Assembly (NCBI GenBank): GCA_965223545.1
Contig: OZ245006.1
Coordinates: forward strand, 4,576,001 to 4,640,000
Reading direction: 5' to 3'
DNA from: Planctomycetota bacterium
GTDB lineage: Bacteria; Planctomycetota; UBA1135; UBA2386
DNA: 64,000 nucleotides
The notes under the pieces are model-generated. The model was not told the origin of the DNA and searched no databases. It saw only the letters and a program-made list of their open reading frames with translations. Position numbers and translations under genes: made by a program. Below, one piece after another: positions 62,595 to 64,000 of this stretch (positions within the stretch are counted from its first letter, which is position 1; each line of letters begins with the position of its first letter).

Positions 62595-64000
62595 GTTTGG
62601 ACGGCGATCGCACGGGCCCGTTTCGACGAATCCTGGTGGCCAACCGCGGCGAGATCGCGGTGCGCGTCGCGCGTGGTTTGCGCGAGCTGGGGATCGAGCC
62701 GGTCGGGGTCTACAGCGAGGTCGACGAGCGCGCCACGCACGTCGCGGCGATGTCGCGCGCGGTCGCGCTGGGCGGCACGGCGGCCGCCGACTCCTACCTG
62801 TCGATCGACAAGGTCGTCGCCGCGGCGCGCGACCAGGGCTGCGATGGCGTCCACCCCGGCTACGGCTTCTTGTCCGAGAACGCCGCGTTCGCGCGGGCGG
62901 TCGCGGAGGCGGGGCTGGTGTTTCTCGGGCCGAGCCCGGCGGCGATGGAGCAGCTGGGGCAAAAGCGCGGCGCGCGTGAGCTCGCCGAAGCCGCCGGCGT
63001 TCCCGTCGTGCCCGGCTATCACGACGATACCGGCGACGACGCCGCGCTCTGCGCCGCCGCCGGTCGCGTCGGCTTTCCACTGATGCTCAAGGCCTCGGCC
63101 GGCGGCGGTGGCAAGGGAATGCGATTGGTCGACGACCCCGGCGCGTTGCCCGACGCGTTGGCCGCCGCGCGGCGCGAGGCCAAAGCGGCGTTCGGCGACG
63201 ACCGCATGCTGCTCGAGCGGCGCGTGTTCCCCGCCCGCCACGTCGAGATCCAGATCGTCGGTGACCAACACGGCGACGTCGTCTCCCTGCACGAGCGCGA
63301 GTGCTCGGTGCAGCGCCGCCACCAGAAGGTGTTGGAGGAGTCGCCGTCGCCGGCGGTCTCGGCCGAGCTGCGGCAGCGCATGGGGGAGGCCGCGGTGGCG
63401 CTCGCCAAGCACGTCGGCTACGCCAACGCCGGCACCGTCGAGTTCTTGCTGGACGAGGCGGGCGAGTTCTACTTCCTCGAGGTCAACACGCGGCTGCAAG
63501 TCGAGCATCCGGTGACCGAGATGGTGACCGGGTTGGATCTCGTGCACTTGCAAGTCGCGGTCGCCGCCGGGGCGCGGTTGACGGATCTGGTCGGTGGCCG
63601 AGACACCACGCCGCGTGGCCACGCGATCGAAGCGCGGATCTACGCCGAGAACCCGGAAGCCGGCTACCTGCCCGCCGCGGGCCGGCTGGCGCGCGTGCTC
63701 GAGCCGAGCGGGCCGGGCGTGCGCGTCGACTCGGGGGTCCATTCAGGCGTCGAGGTCTCGCCCCACTACGATCCGATGCTCGCCAAGCTGATCGTGCACG
63801 CGCCCGATCGGCCCTCGGCGTGCCGCCGGCTGCTGCACGCGCTCGGCGAAACGGTGTACCTCGGCATTCCCACCAACGTCGACTTCTTGGCGCGGGTCGT
63901 GCGGCACGAGGCGTTCGCGCGGGGCGCGCTGCGCACCGACATGCTCGACCTGCATCCCGAGTTGGCAAAGCCCCCGGAGTCGATGCCGCCGGACATCGCC
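62591..64000 (+). CDS. Biotin carboxylase subunit of an acyl-CoA carboxylase (runs off the window end)
   Basis: Not in the ORF track; manual translation gives RILVANRGEIA, HPGYGFLSEN, GGGGKGMR, ERECSVQRRHQK, EVNTRLQVEHP, YDPMLAKLI; GTGA overlap with the SDR. Confidence 0.95.
   Translation, partial: MSLDGDRTGPFRRILVANRGEIAVRVARGLRELGIEPVGVYSEVDERATHVAAMSRAVALGGTAAADSYLSIDKVVAAARDQGCDGVHPGYGFLSENAAFARAVAEAGLVFLGPSPAAMEQLGQKRGARELAEAAGVPVVPGYHDDTGDDAALCAAAGRVGFPLMLKASAGGGGKGMRLVDDPGALPDALAAARREAKAAFGDDRMLLERRVFPARHVEIQIVGDQHGDVVSLHERECSVQRRHQKVLEESPSPAVSAELRQRMGEAAVALAKHVGYANAGTVEFLLDEAGEFYFLEVNTRLQVEHPVTEMVTGLDLVHLQVAVAAGARLTDLVGGRDTTPRGHAIEARIYAENPEAGYLPAAGRLARVLEPSGPGVRVDSGVHSGVEVSPHYDPMLAKLIVHAPDRPSACRRLLHALGETVYLGIPTNVDFLARVVRHEAFARGALRTDMLDLHPELAKPPESMPPDIA

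Overview
High-GC bacterial chromosomal DNA. The gene content (PSD1/planctomycete cytochrome c + DUF1501 pair, ECF sigma factor/Ser-Thr kinase modules, many carboxypeptidase-regulatory-like-domain membrane proteins) points to Planctomycetota; that assignment is inference. Housekeeping genes (enoyl-CoA hydratase, rocD, tag, MoxR-DUF58-transglutaminase, icd, SDR, biotin carboxylase) alternate with two accessory regions (~17.2-32 kb and ~49.8-61.6 kb). Main findings: (1) three short ORFs at 11605-12690 (-) are one reading frame broken only by two in-frame UGA codons, each at a catalytic Cys position (VPG-U-KTC and GMG-U-FW) and each followed by a SECIS-like hairpin, giving a predicted exported thioredoxin-MsrA-like protein with two selenocysteines, coupled to tag; (2) a ~12 kb island in the 3' end of icd, bounded by a ~200 bp diverged direct repeat that extends into the start of the downstream SDR gene, with no integrase but with a TIR protein, an ECF/kinase-WD40 module and an IS91-like remnant; (3) five unrelated secreted proteins share a ~100-130 aa C-terminal domain that may be a sorting signal; (4) scattered defence-type genes (SLOG, TIR, HEPN-like relic). 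No rRNA, tRNA or CRISPR array was seen. All calls come from reading the sequence by eye; no database searches were run.
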